DNA of 64,000 nt from Setoptus koraiensis (lineage: Eukaryota; Animalia; Arthropoda): the NCBI GenBank assembly GCA_048013815.1, contig CM106586.1, positions 20,894,001-20,958,000 on the forward strand. The letters are read 5' to 3'. How positions within the stretch are numbered: the stretch's first letter is position 1; every line of letters begins with the position of its first letter. Below, in pieces: positions 38,675-51,835 of this stretch. Below the pieces are notes generated by a model that was not told the origin of the DNA, did no database searches, and worked only from the letters and a program-made list of their open reading frames with translations. Both the position numbers and the translations under genes were made by a program.

Positions 38675-41144
38675 ATCTGGCGATTTGGCCAAATTGGTCA
38701 ATTTGGCCATTTACAAGTCAATACACTCGGCCCGATTCATGTGCAAATGTAAACAGGTACACAATCAATCGAGCGAGCGAGCGAGCGGGCCACCACCGAC
38801 CGATCCGATACGCGAGTGGCGCCATTTATTCGGCGCACTTATTCGCTAAAGCTGGATCCTTCGGACAGCGCCGGTGTGATGGCACCGGTGCAATGGCGTC
38901 AGACGGTCCCAGAAGCCGCGCCACTCGAGCCAGGTTCGCGGACACTGGGGGCGGCCCGAATGTTACAACTTGTAAGTTACAAGTAAAAGCGCATAAATAA
39001 ATAGAGCAAACAACGGATATTGCAGTGCAATGTCGCTAGCTGCAGACACTGGACAGTCGGTTGGTCGTTGATTCATTGGAATGGCGGCTGGCAAACTAGT
39101 TTTGCCAAAACTGTTTTGGCATGGCCAAAAGTTTTCGTTCGCTCGCTTTTGCCATCATCAATCAGATCAATTAATGGAACGGGGCAGCTATAAAACTCGC
39201 CACTGTGTTGCCATTTAATCGCCATAGCAGCAATTTAGTCACAACAGTCTTGGCTGCTGTGATCTAATTTTGCAACAACCATACTCATTCAATACTCATA
39301 ACATGTATATTTAATAGCGATACACACTGGACGGAATTGGCGGTGGAGAGTGGTTTTAAGTATTGCGTCACCGGCGCCATTGCTAACAAACTAACCAACA
39401 AACATGAGATTCTTGTTACATCTTATTGGATTGCATTGGATATAGCATCGCGGGCATTGCGCATTAGAAACCACTGAACTGCATCTGAAATGCTGCAATA
39501 TGCGCTGATGCACTGATTTGACTCAAATGATTTGAGCGTATATCGACATAGCCACAATTATACACAACAACTGCAGCAGTTTTAAATTTAACTACTGTTA
39601 CCGTCGTTTAGTGCAGCTATTACGCAATGTGTATAGTTACTATCTCACAACTGGAGTAGAGAAGAGTTTTATTATTATTATTATTATTAATTTGCAGCAG
39701 AATCAATTTTTGTTCCCTTTTTCGAGCTGCTGCTGCTGTGTCTTTGCGTTGATTTTAATTGAATTGAGCGCCGAGAACGAACAAATTCCGAATGAATATT
39801 CAATTTAAAATTGTCCCTTATTATGGTAGTATGGTAATTATAAAGTTGCAGCAGCGGCGTTGTCTTGCGCATAATATTGTATGCCGTACACAATATCAAA
39901 TAATATGCCAAGATACATGATATAACATGCTGGCGAGTCGCACACACTCTGGCAGTTGCAGGAATTAATATTATTAATCTAATATCATTTATACTAGCCA
40001 GCCATTGCTGGCCATAATGCAAACATGGCTGATAGTCTGATTCAAATGACTCTCTTGATGATTTACTATGGCTACTATCACAAAATAAGATCTTTGTCCC
40101 TGTTTAGAGTTTTTTATTTTTGTTTTTATGATTTGTTTGTGTCTGTTTGTGCACTACATAACACACACTACCTGTTTGATTCAATATAAGGTGTTGGCCA
40201 TAATAAATTAAATCGTAGGCGCTGTAATGGACAGATGGACACAGAGATGAGAGAGCGAGCGAGCTCACAGATCCACAAAATAAGAGCAAGACAAAACGGG
40301 TTAACTCCCTCCGTGTGTCCGTTTAACAGGTAACAGGTAAGGCCGGCCAGCCAGCGAGCCAGTCGGCCAGCCAGCCGGCTCAAATACCTGTACCGTTAGA
40401 ATTTGTAACGTTAATATTTGTAACGTTAATGATTGTGAAAATAAGATCGACCATTGAAGCGGTTCAATGGTTGCTGTTGAGCGCACTCACACACACACAA
40501 ACCACTTATTTAGCTTGCCGATTACTCTGGGCAATTGTCGGCCTATCATTTCTCAGAGCGCCATTGATATCGATATAGATATAAGCTCAATATAACTGAT
40601 AAATGTTGGATATGAGCGTCTGTTATATGAGTTGGATATATGCAACTTATATATATAAATATAAAAGTTGTATCATACGAGTATCGTATGTATTATACAG
40701 TCGTATTATAAGTGTCGGCGGAGGGACACGCTTAGGCGGGATTAGGTTCATTAAAGTGGTTGGCGCTGTTGGTGCCCAAACGTAATGAGACACAATGAGC
40801 ATTGTTCGAGCTTGCACTCATTGCACTCAGCTCTCTATGGTCGGTTCATTGGTCTTGGCCCGATAAACACTTGCCACTAATACAGGTATGTGTGGCATAA
40901 CAGGTAACTATACAGGTGGTATTATGCAAGTTGTATAGAGACGATTGCACAATTGCCAAGACGATACTATTGTATTAAACGTTTCTGTTGCTTTCTGTTG
41001 CAACTATGCCATTGTGCGCACACAAATGATGAATGAATGTCCGGCCAGAGGACACAATAATTCTTCTTTGTTTATAATCACGATCACTAACTGAGCATCA
41101 TGCGGCCGCATGTATCCAACGATGTATCAACCTGGCCCATCCGG

Positions 41145-41221
41145 GTATCGTCCGTGTATCGCCCGTGTATCGTTCGGGTATCGTCCGGGTATCGTCCGGG
41201 TATCGTTTGAATATTGTCCGG
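41145..41221. repeat. 11-bp tandem repeat x7 (GTATCGTCCGG consensus)
   Basis: Direct reading. Confidence 0.88.
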
Positions 41222-41497
41222 GTATGTATATGGAGAGGCGCGCAGAGGGATTGATTTTGTTTATTTTTGGCGCTCGCCCGAGCAAAATGGCAGCGGCCGG
41301 CGGAATATCGCACTGTCGAGCAACTGATTTTGTCAACATGGGCACAAGCTTGCTCTCTCGATATGTGCAAACATATGTATAAATACACATAAATATACAT
41401 AAATGTATGCACCGTCGGCTTGTGCAGTGGCGCTCGGGTTGTAATTGAGCCATCCGAGAGACTATTAATCATCGGTTTGGCGGCCCCGATGAGAGCG

Positions 41498-41542
41498 GCG
41501 ACACCGCGCCGAGCGACACCGCGCCGAGCGACACCGAGGCGA
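41498..41542. repeat. 15-bp tandem repeat x3 (GCGACACCGCGCCGA)
   Basis: Direct reading. Confidence 0.85.
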
Positions 41543-43700
41543 GCGAAAGCGGACCAAACGAGTCGCAACGAAATGAAAATTATCATGACAATGAGCGCAC
41601 TCACGTTTGTCCACTCTCGCTGCTGCGCCAAGATCCCCGCCGGCCCACGGTTGCGTCAGCATGATAGTGGCCACACAAGAGTGCCAATCGGACAACACAC
41701 AGACAAGATATCATGCCAGCACTGTTACGCAATGGCAACGGCGCACTCAGGTGAGTGCGGGGGCAGCGCACACGCATTTGCATGGCTTCCAGCGGCGCCC
41801 GACTCACACAAGTTGGTGCATGATTCATACTGTGTGATTCATAGTGTGTGATTCATGCTGTATGAATCACACTGTATGAATCACGGGGGATGAAATAGAT
41901 GAGACACACACACACACACAAGACAAAAATCATATACGTTATATGAATTGTGTAACTTATGCTATTTATCGCCTTGTCGGTTAGCTTGTTGTTGTTGTTG
42001 TTTTGGCTGTGTGTGTCTGGACAAGACAACAACTCTGGACAAGACAACAACAAAGCGGCTCGAGGCTATTTCTTTGGCCAGTTGTGATATGAAACCGGAC
42101 AGCAGAGCAATACGGTCACAAGTGGAGCTTTGTGGGCTGCAGCTTTTGTTTGGGCCGTTGCGAGGCGCATCAATTGCAATATTATCCAATCCATTGCAAT
42201 GGATAATCATCATTGCATCATTGCTGCAACATTATCCATTATGCAATATGCAGCAGTATCTTTTGATCTTGTGCCCGTTGGACCATTTGATTCGAGCATC
42301 ATTTGAGAGCTGCCGGCTGCCCAGCTGATGATGTAATCTAGCCGGCTGACCGGCCGGCAGAGCAGAGCAGAGCAGCTCTCTAGGTAGGATAAATTCTGGT
42401 GCAACATAAACAACATAAAGAATAACAAGACAAGACAATATGAGTATCAAATCGATCATCATCATACACGAATGAATAGACTGGCCCGTTGGCTGGTTAA
42501 CGCACAACGAGAGAACTTCTTTTTTCTCGACAACAACAACAACAACGACAACGGCAACGACAGCAACATCTCTAGTTGTTGTTTCGAGTGGCGCATTGGT
42601 AGCTGGCCGGGCTAATTTGGCTCGTCCGCTCGTCGTCTTGCAAACCTGGCGATTCTTTAAAGATCAATCATTTTGCTGGCTGCATCTCCATGCAATCGCA
42701 AAGCAGCAATGTTAGCCAAGCGCATACAGTGGGCCATTCATTGGCTCATCGCAGAATTGCATTAGAATTGGTGCTTAATTTTGCATCCAATAATAGATTC
42801 AATTATTCACCCTGTGGCTTACCTGTGCCGGCTATCAAGTGGCTCTACATACCTGGCTGCCAATACACACTGGCCAATACACACTGGCCAATACACACTG
42901 GCAGCCAGGTAGGCCGGTGCATGGCAGAATATGATGAACTGGATGCAGCATCTTCTTATTTCAGTCGTCGTTCTTTAATTGCGACTTTATGCTTCTTCTG
43001 CTTCTTTTTGCTCTCGCTCACTCACAATGGCTGGCCCACTTCTTTTCGAGTTACAACAAATGTGTTGCACAATAACAAGCAGCTAACACCAAGAGTCAGA
43101 GAGAGAGAGAGAGAGTATGACAAGAATAATATGCAAAATATCAAAATGTATCATAACATACAAACAATTATCTGTTTGCGTCTCGCAAACCTTGACAAAC
43201 TAACCGGGCCTGTCCGACAACAACAGCAACAGCAACAACAACAACAACTGCCTACCTATTCGCAATAATTACTTGCCACTCACTGCTCTGCTATCTCATG
43301 TATCTCTCCCTGTATGATATGAGTATCATCTCTCGCGTATCTTGCGCATCCATCTACATATCCAGCTACATATCCAGCTACAGCTCGGCTCGTCTAGCTC
43401 GGTCTAGGTGGATGCGAGCGCGAGATGAGTGATTTTGAGTAGAGCACAAAAGATTGGGCTGCTTTTGTGCTTTACTTTCTTGCTGGCTTCTTCTTTGAGC
43501 AGTTTGAGCCACTTTCGAGCTACTCTCGACACTGCACTGGTAACACATTATTGCTATTGCATCATCATAATCATCATCGCCACCAACACACATTATTCAA
43601 ATCAACCACCAACAATCGCTAGAGAGCCAATAATTCACATAATGATGATTCGCGTTAATTTCAGCCGCCTATAGTTTTGTTTTGCTGGCTGGCTGGCCTA

Positions 43701-43880
43701 GTCAACTCGTTTCTCGCCGTTTCTCGCCGTTTCTCGCCGTTTCTCGCCGTTTCTCGCCGTTTCTAGCCGTTTTTGTCCGTTTTTATTCGCTTCTGGCCGC
43801 CTCTACTCGCCTCTATTCGCCTCCATTGGCCGCTGTTCGCTCCCATTGGCCGCTATTCGCTCCCATTGGCCGCTGTTGGC
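43701..43880. repeat. 10-bp-period array grading into a 20-bp higher-order unit
   Basis: TTCTCGCCGT x5 (43711-43760), diverged 10-mers, then (YYCCATTGGCCGCTRTTSGC) x3. Confidence 0.85.
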
Positions 43881-44219
43881 TCGCAGCGGCGTCTCGCGCG
43901 CCCACTTGCCCAGTCCAGAATGAGCCCCGTTGGTATGGCAATCATTATCAATTCACAGACTGTGCACCTATACTCGGTGTGTGTGTGTCGACCATTGTAC
44001 TATCACATAACGATGCGCCTCCAAACAACAACATTATATAATCACACCGCCATAGATTATATAATCAGATAATCGTGACACTCTTATCACGTGGTCGCGT
44101 TGAAAACGCGCGCCTTGTGCGCTACGAGGCAAACAATTAATTATATTCATGAATCGTAATTAGCAGTTGATTGATTCGCAATTTCATCATTTCCATCACA
44201 CCGTTGCACATTTCCTCGT

Positions 44220-44222
<3 letters not shown>

Positions 44223-44311
<89 letters not shown>
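44223..44311. repeat. (CA)44 microsatellite, the longest in the window
   Basis: Direct reading. Confidence 0.97.
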
Positions 44312-44313
<2 letters not shown>

Positions 44314-47300
44314 ACACCGCATATAATGGGCGCCATTATTTATGTTAGCCAACGTGGCCGGCGATAGCAAAATGGGCCAGTGCAATGCACCGATAGCGCC
44401 CATTGCATTTGCGAGTACATGTAAGTTTGTGCGGATATTATCAGAATGAATATCGAGTGTCGAATAACCAATTGCACCTCATCATGCGCCGCTTATGAAC
44501 GATTATTCTAAATAATCGTCCAGCTAACATCCTAATTAATTTTGATATAGTAGCCCCATGCATCCGCTTATATATTGTATGCCGCCCGCTTACGCACGGG
44601 GCCCCAAACTGCATTGCTGACATAATCACATCAGCTTGCCTATAAATAATAATAGTAATAATAAATGGTACCTGCTACTGGCGTCGTTATTTATATTGGC
44701 TCCACCGGCGGCTGTGCGCGCTGGGTACGCGACTGTGAAAGGGGAGCCGATTAGCTTGGCTTATCTTCATATTTGCAGATATTGTTTTGCATAAAGCAGA
44801 GCACTCCATTTGTGACCAATGCTCCATCTTGTGATGATGTTTGCAGATATAACGCGCGTCATCCCATATATGCATACATGTACGTATATGTATATATATA
44901 TTGTATTGCGGGGGCCAGTTGTTATATCTGCCGCGTTAGAAAATTCCTTTCAGGCTCGCAGGCTTTCAGGCTTTTCAAAATTTGAGCCACCAGCGGTGTA
45001 GCGAAATAAATTTTGCCAACTTGGCATGTTGGCAACGTTTGAGCTGCCAGGTTTGAGCGGATTAAACCTATCTAAAGTTGCAATTAAACTTTTGCCTGGA
45101 ATCATTTCGCAAACAAATCCTTTTGAATGCCAACAGCAGCCAGAGGATCGCCACACAGTAACAGATATGGCGTGCGTAGGAGGGGCTCGCATTGGCAACG
45201 CGAAATCTGGCGAATTTTGGCGGTGAAAGAAATAAAATTCAATAAACATTTGAACATTGTAGGGTCTCCAGTCATGAATCGCACCCAATGAATCGCGTGG
45301 CATCTTGCTGCGAGATAATATTTGCGGATAATCCAGCTCGTGGCAACCGAGTTAATCGACACACTCATAGACACACATCTTAACTTATCTGTCAATGCGC
45401 GTTGCATTAGATCATGTGCGACGATTAGCATTACCTAGGGCATGGGGCCAACGAAATTGGCGGGGCCCGGCTCACGCGTAGACGGCGCACAGATAGCTCG
45501 CGAATCAGATTAATAATCAAGGTTTCTTTTCGTGGTAATAGATATGGCGTATCCACTGCCAAAGGAACTGCACGTGTTCTTTAAATAGGATTAGACATGT
45601 GACATGTTTCTGTCACGCTAGACGCCGACATTGAATGCATGAGCACAAATATTGAAATATATATCCATTGAGCACTGAATGGAATATCTGCATATTGGCA
45701 TCGCCATGGCCCAGCCAAAATACAAATAATAGTAATAATGATAATAATAATAGTAATAATAGTGTTTTTGTTGTTATTGGGCGCTGCTCGCCAAATGGGG
45801 CCCGATTTTTAGAGCGATGACGCGCAGATATGGCGCGCGACCTAACGCGACCCAACGCGGGCCCCAATATGGCCAACAGGGCTAATAGTCCGCGGCAGCG
45901 TAGCTCGCCAAAAGTATAGACATTAGAGAGAGAGAGAGAGAAATTTACTTGCTGCCGTCATACAGTTAACTCGGGGCATAAGTACTAGGTGTACATGACA
46001 ACTGACAACTGGTCGTCCGCCAACTGGGGACGGGCGCCAGTTGGGGACAGCGTGCGGAAGAGAGAGCCGATTAGCGCAAACTAACGCAAATTAATTGATG
46101 ATTCTCTTGATATTAGTTGCTGGCGATGTGTGTGTGTGTATGACGACAACGATTGAAACGGAGCGGCGGCGGCCATTTCGGCGAGCGATTCTCGCGAAAC
46201 CAAAGCCATTGACCAGACAGATAAGACTGGATTAGGAGAAGCGGCAGCGCGGGTTGCGCCATTGAGGGCCGCGCTGACGCCAAGGAGATGTAAATATAAA
46301 TACAGATATAAATATGAACATTAACGTGTCCAGACGCGACCTAGACCCGTCCTCTATCATGGTCTCTATTCATGGGCTCGGCTGTCGCGCCCGGCGGCAA
46401 TCAGCTGTCCGGCCAGCGTTTGTGCCAACCACTATCTGGGGCCAATCGTCGATCGCCAATAGCCGATCGCCAACAAATCGCACGCAAATTGGGCGCACGT
46501 TATTACGTAACGTCACATTTGGTCACAACGCAACCTAATTGCGACCTGGCCTATATGTATATACACATACTCTCATACAAATATATTCATATGTCGGCTA
46601 GTTTACGGCAAGGAAACCCTGCATTATAGCGGGCGCGGCACGAGCCCGTCATAAGCGAGCTGGCGGTTTCTTGCATAATAGTTGCCAAAGAGATAATCGT
46701 GTCGGCGGCGGTGGCGGCGGCGGCGGCAGCAGTGCCCGCATCTTGAGATGTCGCCGCACATCGTTCGCCGTTTATCGCCCCATCGCTAATATAATGGCAA
46801 TGTGATTAATTGGATATCGCGCAATCATCATCAACACTTCTAAGGTCTCCTCCTCGGGTTCGTCGGGCCCCGCGTCTGTCCGGTCAATCACAACAACACC
46901 GTAACCGTACGCGCAACAGACAATCGCACATAGTCGTAATGAATTTCTCTAACCAACCGTATGTTTGGCAGTCTTATTCTGTTTAGAATAAGTTCATTCA
47001 AGTGAATAATTTTATGGCCCGCCATTCATTATGCGACTCAACTTTATATCATTGTTATTGTCGCATCTCGCTGGCGGTCGCTTCCAACTTTTCTGCTCGC
47101 GCCAACGACAATCAATCCGCCTGGCCAATACGCCAGCGACAAACTAATCCGCTCAATCCGCTCTTTCCGACGGAACGGAAATCTTTCTCACAAGTTGGCC
47201 CCTCGCTACGGCATCATCTGTTCGGATGAATCAGATACAGTTGTTTCGGAGATGATGCAATTGTCACAGCCAAAGAAAGCCTGTTTTAATCGTACCGCAG

Positions 47301-50300
47301 CGCCATCTGCCGCACTCCGACCACTACAGTCGACGGGAAAAAAAATTCAAAAGTGGCGCGCTCACCTCTGTCCTCGATGCCATCGAGTCGATGGAGCCCC
47401 CCCAATCATGTGTCGCCCCAATCATGTGTCGCCCCAACCCGGTGTCGTTGCTGTGAGTTCAATCATGTCAACAATGGGGCGACATGTCATTATGCAACAG
47501 ACAGCGCTCATTGTTGTTCATTTTGGCGCAACTCAGGTGCAGATATGCACCTTTCCAGTTGAGTCGGTTGTCGGCATTGTCGGCTGTGAATATCACTCTC
47601 TGGCATGTATCTGGCACACGAACAAGAATGGGCACCGTTGAGTGTGTGCAGTGATTGGAAATGTACCAACAGGAAATGACCGAACAATACAGCAGACTGG
47701 CGGCGTGTTTTTAGGATGTTGCACACAGAAGGGGCCCCCATCGCCCTCGTCTAATAAGCAACCCTCAAGCTTGGTCTACATTGAAGTCGCATCAGAGTCG
47801 TCAATTCTCGCCTCTATGTCGGGCGTGCATGTCACTCGTGAAATCCTGTCAGCTTTATTATGGGGCCGGTGCAAGAATAGTCGCTTGATGCGCCCCACTT
47901 CCTTGAGGTATTCAAGAGGTATCAAAATACTGTCTCGCTTGCAATTGCCAAATGACATTCTCTAATCGGATTCTACCACCAACAAAGCAGCGCCATGTCA
48001 TGTTGTTTACTATCAATCTTTGTACAAATATTTTGCAGTTTTTGGCCCATGCATTGCGACCAAGAAGGGGCCCCAACAGCGCCACCTATTGACGAGGGAC
48101 ACAAAGTACAACTAATGAGCATACGGGGGCAGACAAGGGACACACTTACATTTAGAGGGATTTATATTGGGAAAGATTTACATTTGAAATTAACTGTGGG
48201 CACCGCTAAAGACGAACAGTTAGCGCTCTGGAGCGCACAGATACAGAGCACGCTACGAAATACGACACATAGATGGAGCCTATGCATGCTGGTCATTTTG
48301 GCTGTAGAAATTAAAATCGTTGCTTGTGCAATAGAGATGTGATGTCTGCTGTTGGAATTGTTAGCGCACTTTTGACTTGTTTGAATGTAAATGTCATTGA
48401 TTAGATGCGATTGGATCGATCCAATTGATTGATCGGTTTGTCCACAGTGTGATGATGTTGCCATATACTGCTATCACGCTGCCGCTTCAAGGTCTGAGCT
48501 GCTTTGCTCTGGTCAACTCGTGGCTCACGCTGGCCAGCATCAGTTGGCTGTATTGTTGCTGTTGTTGTTGTTGTTGCTGTTGTTGTTGTTGCTGTTGTCG
48601 GGCCGATTGGCAACTATTGTGTAACCGCCATTGGACCGGACAGCGCACTCTGAAACTCTTGTTCGAAACAGCGAAAGTCAAGTGATAATGGTTGCTGTTC
48701 TCGTCGCAAAGTGGCATGTTCGCTATTGTTTGTAAGGATCAGATTCTCTATTTGTAAATTAAGTAGACAATGTAACCTACAATGTTCACTGTGCGGCTTG
48801 AATAGATTCTACTAGAATCATTTGAGTGTTAGCCAGAGACAGATCTCAGAGACTAATCTGATTGGTTGCATCCCAACGACATTGTATGTCGCTGTGGTTG
48901 CTGTCGTTATTGTTGTGCAACTGTATGGCGTGATTGAATTGTCTACAATATGCAACTCGAGAATCAGTCAAACATACAGTATAGCTGATGAAATGGCAAC
49001 GAATGTTGGCTGAAAATTGTTGGCGCAAAGCATAAGTATACCAACCACTTACATATGCGGACGGGCCATCGTCACATGTGGCGCAGATGACGATAACAAT
49101 CATTATTGGCCGATGATTGATTGCCATCATTGATGTTGATCTATATGGAGAATCGATTCGAGCAACAACAACAACGATGCTCGGGCCAATTTAGATTTTC
49201 ACTATTGCTGTTGCATGATGCTCACCGAAGAGACATCCAATTTGAGCGACCTGCACCTCATACAAACGAAAACTAAATCTCGCATCTCAGCTATCTGGCC
49301 AGAATTGAGCCGAATTGAGCCGAATTGAGCATACAACAGGTAGCGATGGAAGTGGCCAGAGTGAGTGAGATTCAAGGTCGCCAAATTGTAGTTGTGGAGC
49401 GCGCGTGCGAGACTAACCCATATTTGTCTGGTGCTGGCTGTTTGTTGAGACAGCAACAAACGGGATTGACCTCTTCGTGGGCAGTGGCGTCATTGGGCAG
49501 GTTCTTGTCGATGCGAGCTTTATTGGCGATTGGCGAGAAGCAACCAATTAACGCCGGGCCCCAGTTGGTGTTCATATCAATTCAATTGTGTAGTGTGGTT
49601 CTGGGTCGTGAGGGCGCGCTGCAAGCGCGCGGCAGTTGCATCCATTCGGATTGGGCATGTTGCATGTGATGCGCACACCAGGCATAGCAAGAGGCGCATA
49701 GAACTTTTGTGTCGGCCTGCGATGAGTGATGCAAGTTGCAATATGGCCGTCGACTGTGTGTGTGTGTCGGCGGAGCATGCGCATTGGGCCGAACCGAATG
49801 AAGCTATAAGTTAGTGTGTGTGTTGTGTCTGCATAGCAGCGAACTAAATCGAAACGAGTGGCCACTCAGTTGCGATTTGGTAGCAAGCACAAACACTCGT
49901 GAGCGCACACCCATGTGAAATAGTTCGCAATCGAACAATCGTTGGGGCACCGATGCAAAATAGTTCGATATCGAACAATTGCCAGAGACACAATAGTTGA
50001 CACACACGCACGCACAAAATCGAATTATTCTACATTGTATCGAATTTTGTATTGAAAAAGTTCGACGCACGCTGGCAGACGGCGACGATAACAGACGAGA
50101 GCAGCCACTCGAGCCAGAAGCAACAAATATGAATTTTATACACGAACACGCAAGCATTGCCAAGATAATAATATAATAATCGTAATTAATAATTAAATCA
50201 TTCAAGACTGATTGCGTCAGATTGAATCAGCCAAAGTGTCGCCCATTCGTTCGCAAGCAGCAGTCGAAGATTTACAATTCGAAGCCGACTCAAGATACAT

Positions 50301-50430
50301 GCTCAAATGCACAGTTCGACGCAGATAATTTCCGCAAGCATCAGCAAGATAATGCCAGCAGAGGCAATTGTTGAATAACGCAAATCACAACGTGTCAAGC
50401 ATCACACAATCACGGCCAATCGAACGAGTG

Positions 50431-50770
50431 TCAGTGCCAGTTTAATTAATTAGTTTATTCAGTTTAATTAATCAGTTTATTTAGTTCAATTGAAGATCGC
50501 CAGTTTAGTCGTCAGAAAATCGCCACATCAATTACCATCGATACAGTCACCAATCGCCTACGTCGCAATCACCAATCGCCGGTATCACAATCACCTTTTG
50601 CCAGCATTACAAGCACCAATTTGCAGCCAGCGAGTTATCTCAGCAGACACACAGCACGGCAAGACTTACAAGCGAACTTACAAGCACAATCAGCGACGAC
50701 TAATTGAAATCCAGCCGCAGCAAGATTTTGTTGCGCAAGATTTTAGGACGCACACACATTATCAACTGAG
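50431..50770 (+). other. Candidate non-coding first (leader) exon of a plus-strand transcript
   Basis: Several initiator-like TCAGT(T/G) at 50431-50478, then ~340 nt of A/C-rich sequence with no ATG, ending in a consensus donor GAG|GTAAGT at 50770/50771. Confidence 0.45.
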
Positions 50771-51795
50771 GTAAGTGGCCGATGCGCGTTTTATTTTCAT
50801 TTTATTTTTATTCCAGTTGCTGCCAGTTATTCTAGCTACAGCGAGTTACTGTGAGTTATTCTTGCCCCGCGTTGGGTCGTGATGGCAGCGCAAACCAACA
50901 ACTAAACTTTGCAAGATATCAATTATTTAGCGAAATAATTGAAGGTCGATCACACACATACACACACACGCTCGGCCATGCAGTCGGCAACATCCGTGTG
51001 ACTGTGCGCGGCTAATTATTGTTGATATTAGTCACTGGCGTGTGCATCGCATAATCGTGCCATTATTAAATGACCACCTTACCTGTGTGCCTATCATAGG
51101 CAGCCTGTGCGCCAGCCTGGCCAGAGCGCGAGACAGACGACGCAAAGCGATTGAGCAGCAAAGGTTTGTTTGTTGTTTCTGCAGTTTGCTGCTGCCGCTG
51201 TGAGTTTGTTGTGCGCTCACATTTGATTGACTTTTGAAAGCTGTATAATATGCCATATGCCAACACAACAGCGATAAACCGACCGCCAGTTCACATTGGC
51301 TAGCAGTGGGCTCCGACGGCAAGGCGCTGGCACACTGGCCGGCAGCGTCCACTCATCAAGTGCGCCTGGGAAGATTTATCGCAATTCGCTCGCGCCATGC
51401 GTGATGGTCGTGATTCATTAGTATTAGTGGTTGCCAGGTTGCCGTTGTTGTGCGCCGGCCATTGGCGGCGCTGTTGTTGCTGTTGTCGCTGTTGATGCCT
51501 ACATGATCGTTGACCACCAACAGCGACTTGCGAACTGCAAACACTGCCGCATGTTGCCGCATTGGCTACAATAATAGTAATAATAATAATAATGATGCTC
51601 ATAGCAATAATCATCATCGCTGCTGCTGCTGCTTATACCATCATAGAGGCGCCAACAGCATCGGCGGCCAGTCATTAATGGGCCTAGCGCGGCGCTGCAC
51701 CATTGCCCATGGCCTCTGGTGCAGCGCCGCCAGGTAATGGCCAGATTTGTGTTTGCTGTGTGTGTGTGCATATTCCAGCAGTCACTGTTGAACAG

Positions 51796-51835
<40 letters not shown>

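Noticed and set aside
4899-40831. 17-bp exact match CACTCATTGCACTCAGC inside the MITE (4899-4915) and at 40815-40831
   Set aside because: Flanks do not extend the match, and one 17-mer match in 64 kb is within chance expectation
40325-42912. Cluster of CAGGTA (Zelda/TAGteam-like) motifs
   Set aside because: Several copies come from local duplications, the hexamer is also donor-like and common, and the presence of the factor in this organism is unknown
33958-43880. CRISPR-like interpretation of the short repeat arrays
   Set aside because: Units are contiguous with no unique spacers, there are no cas genes and the context is eukaryotic
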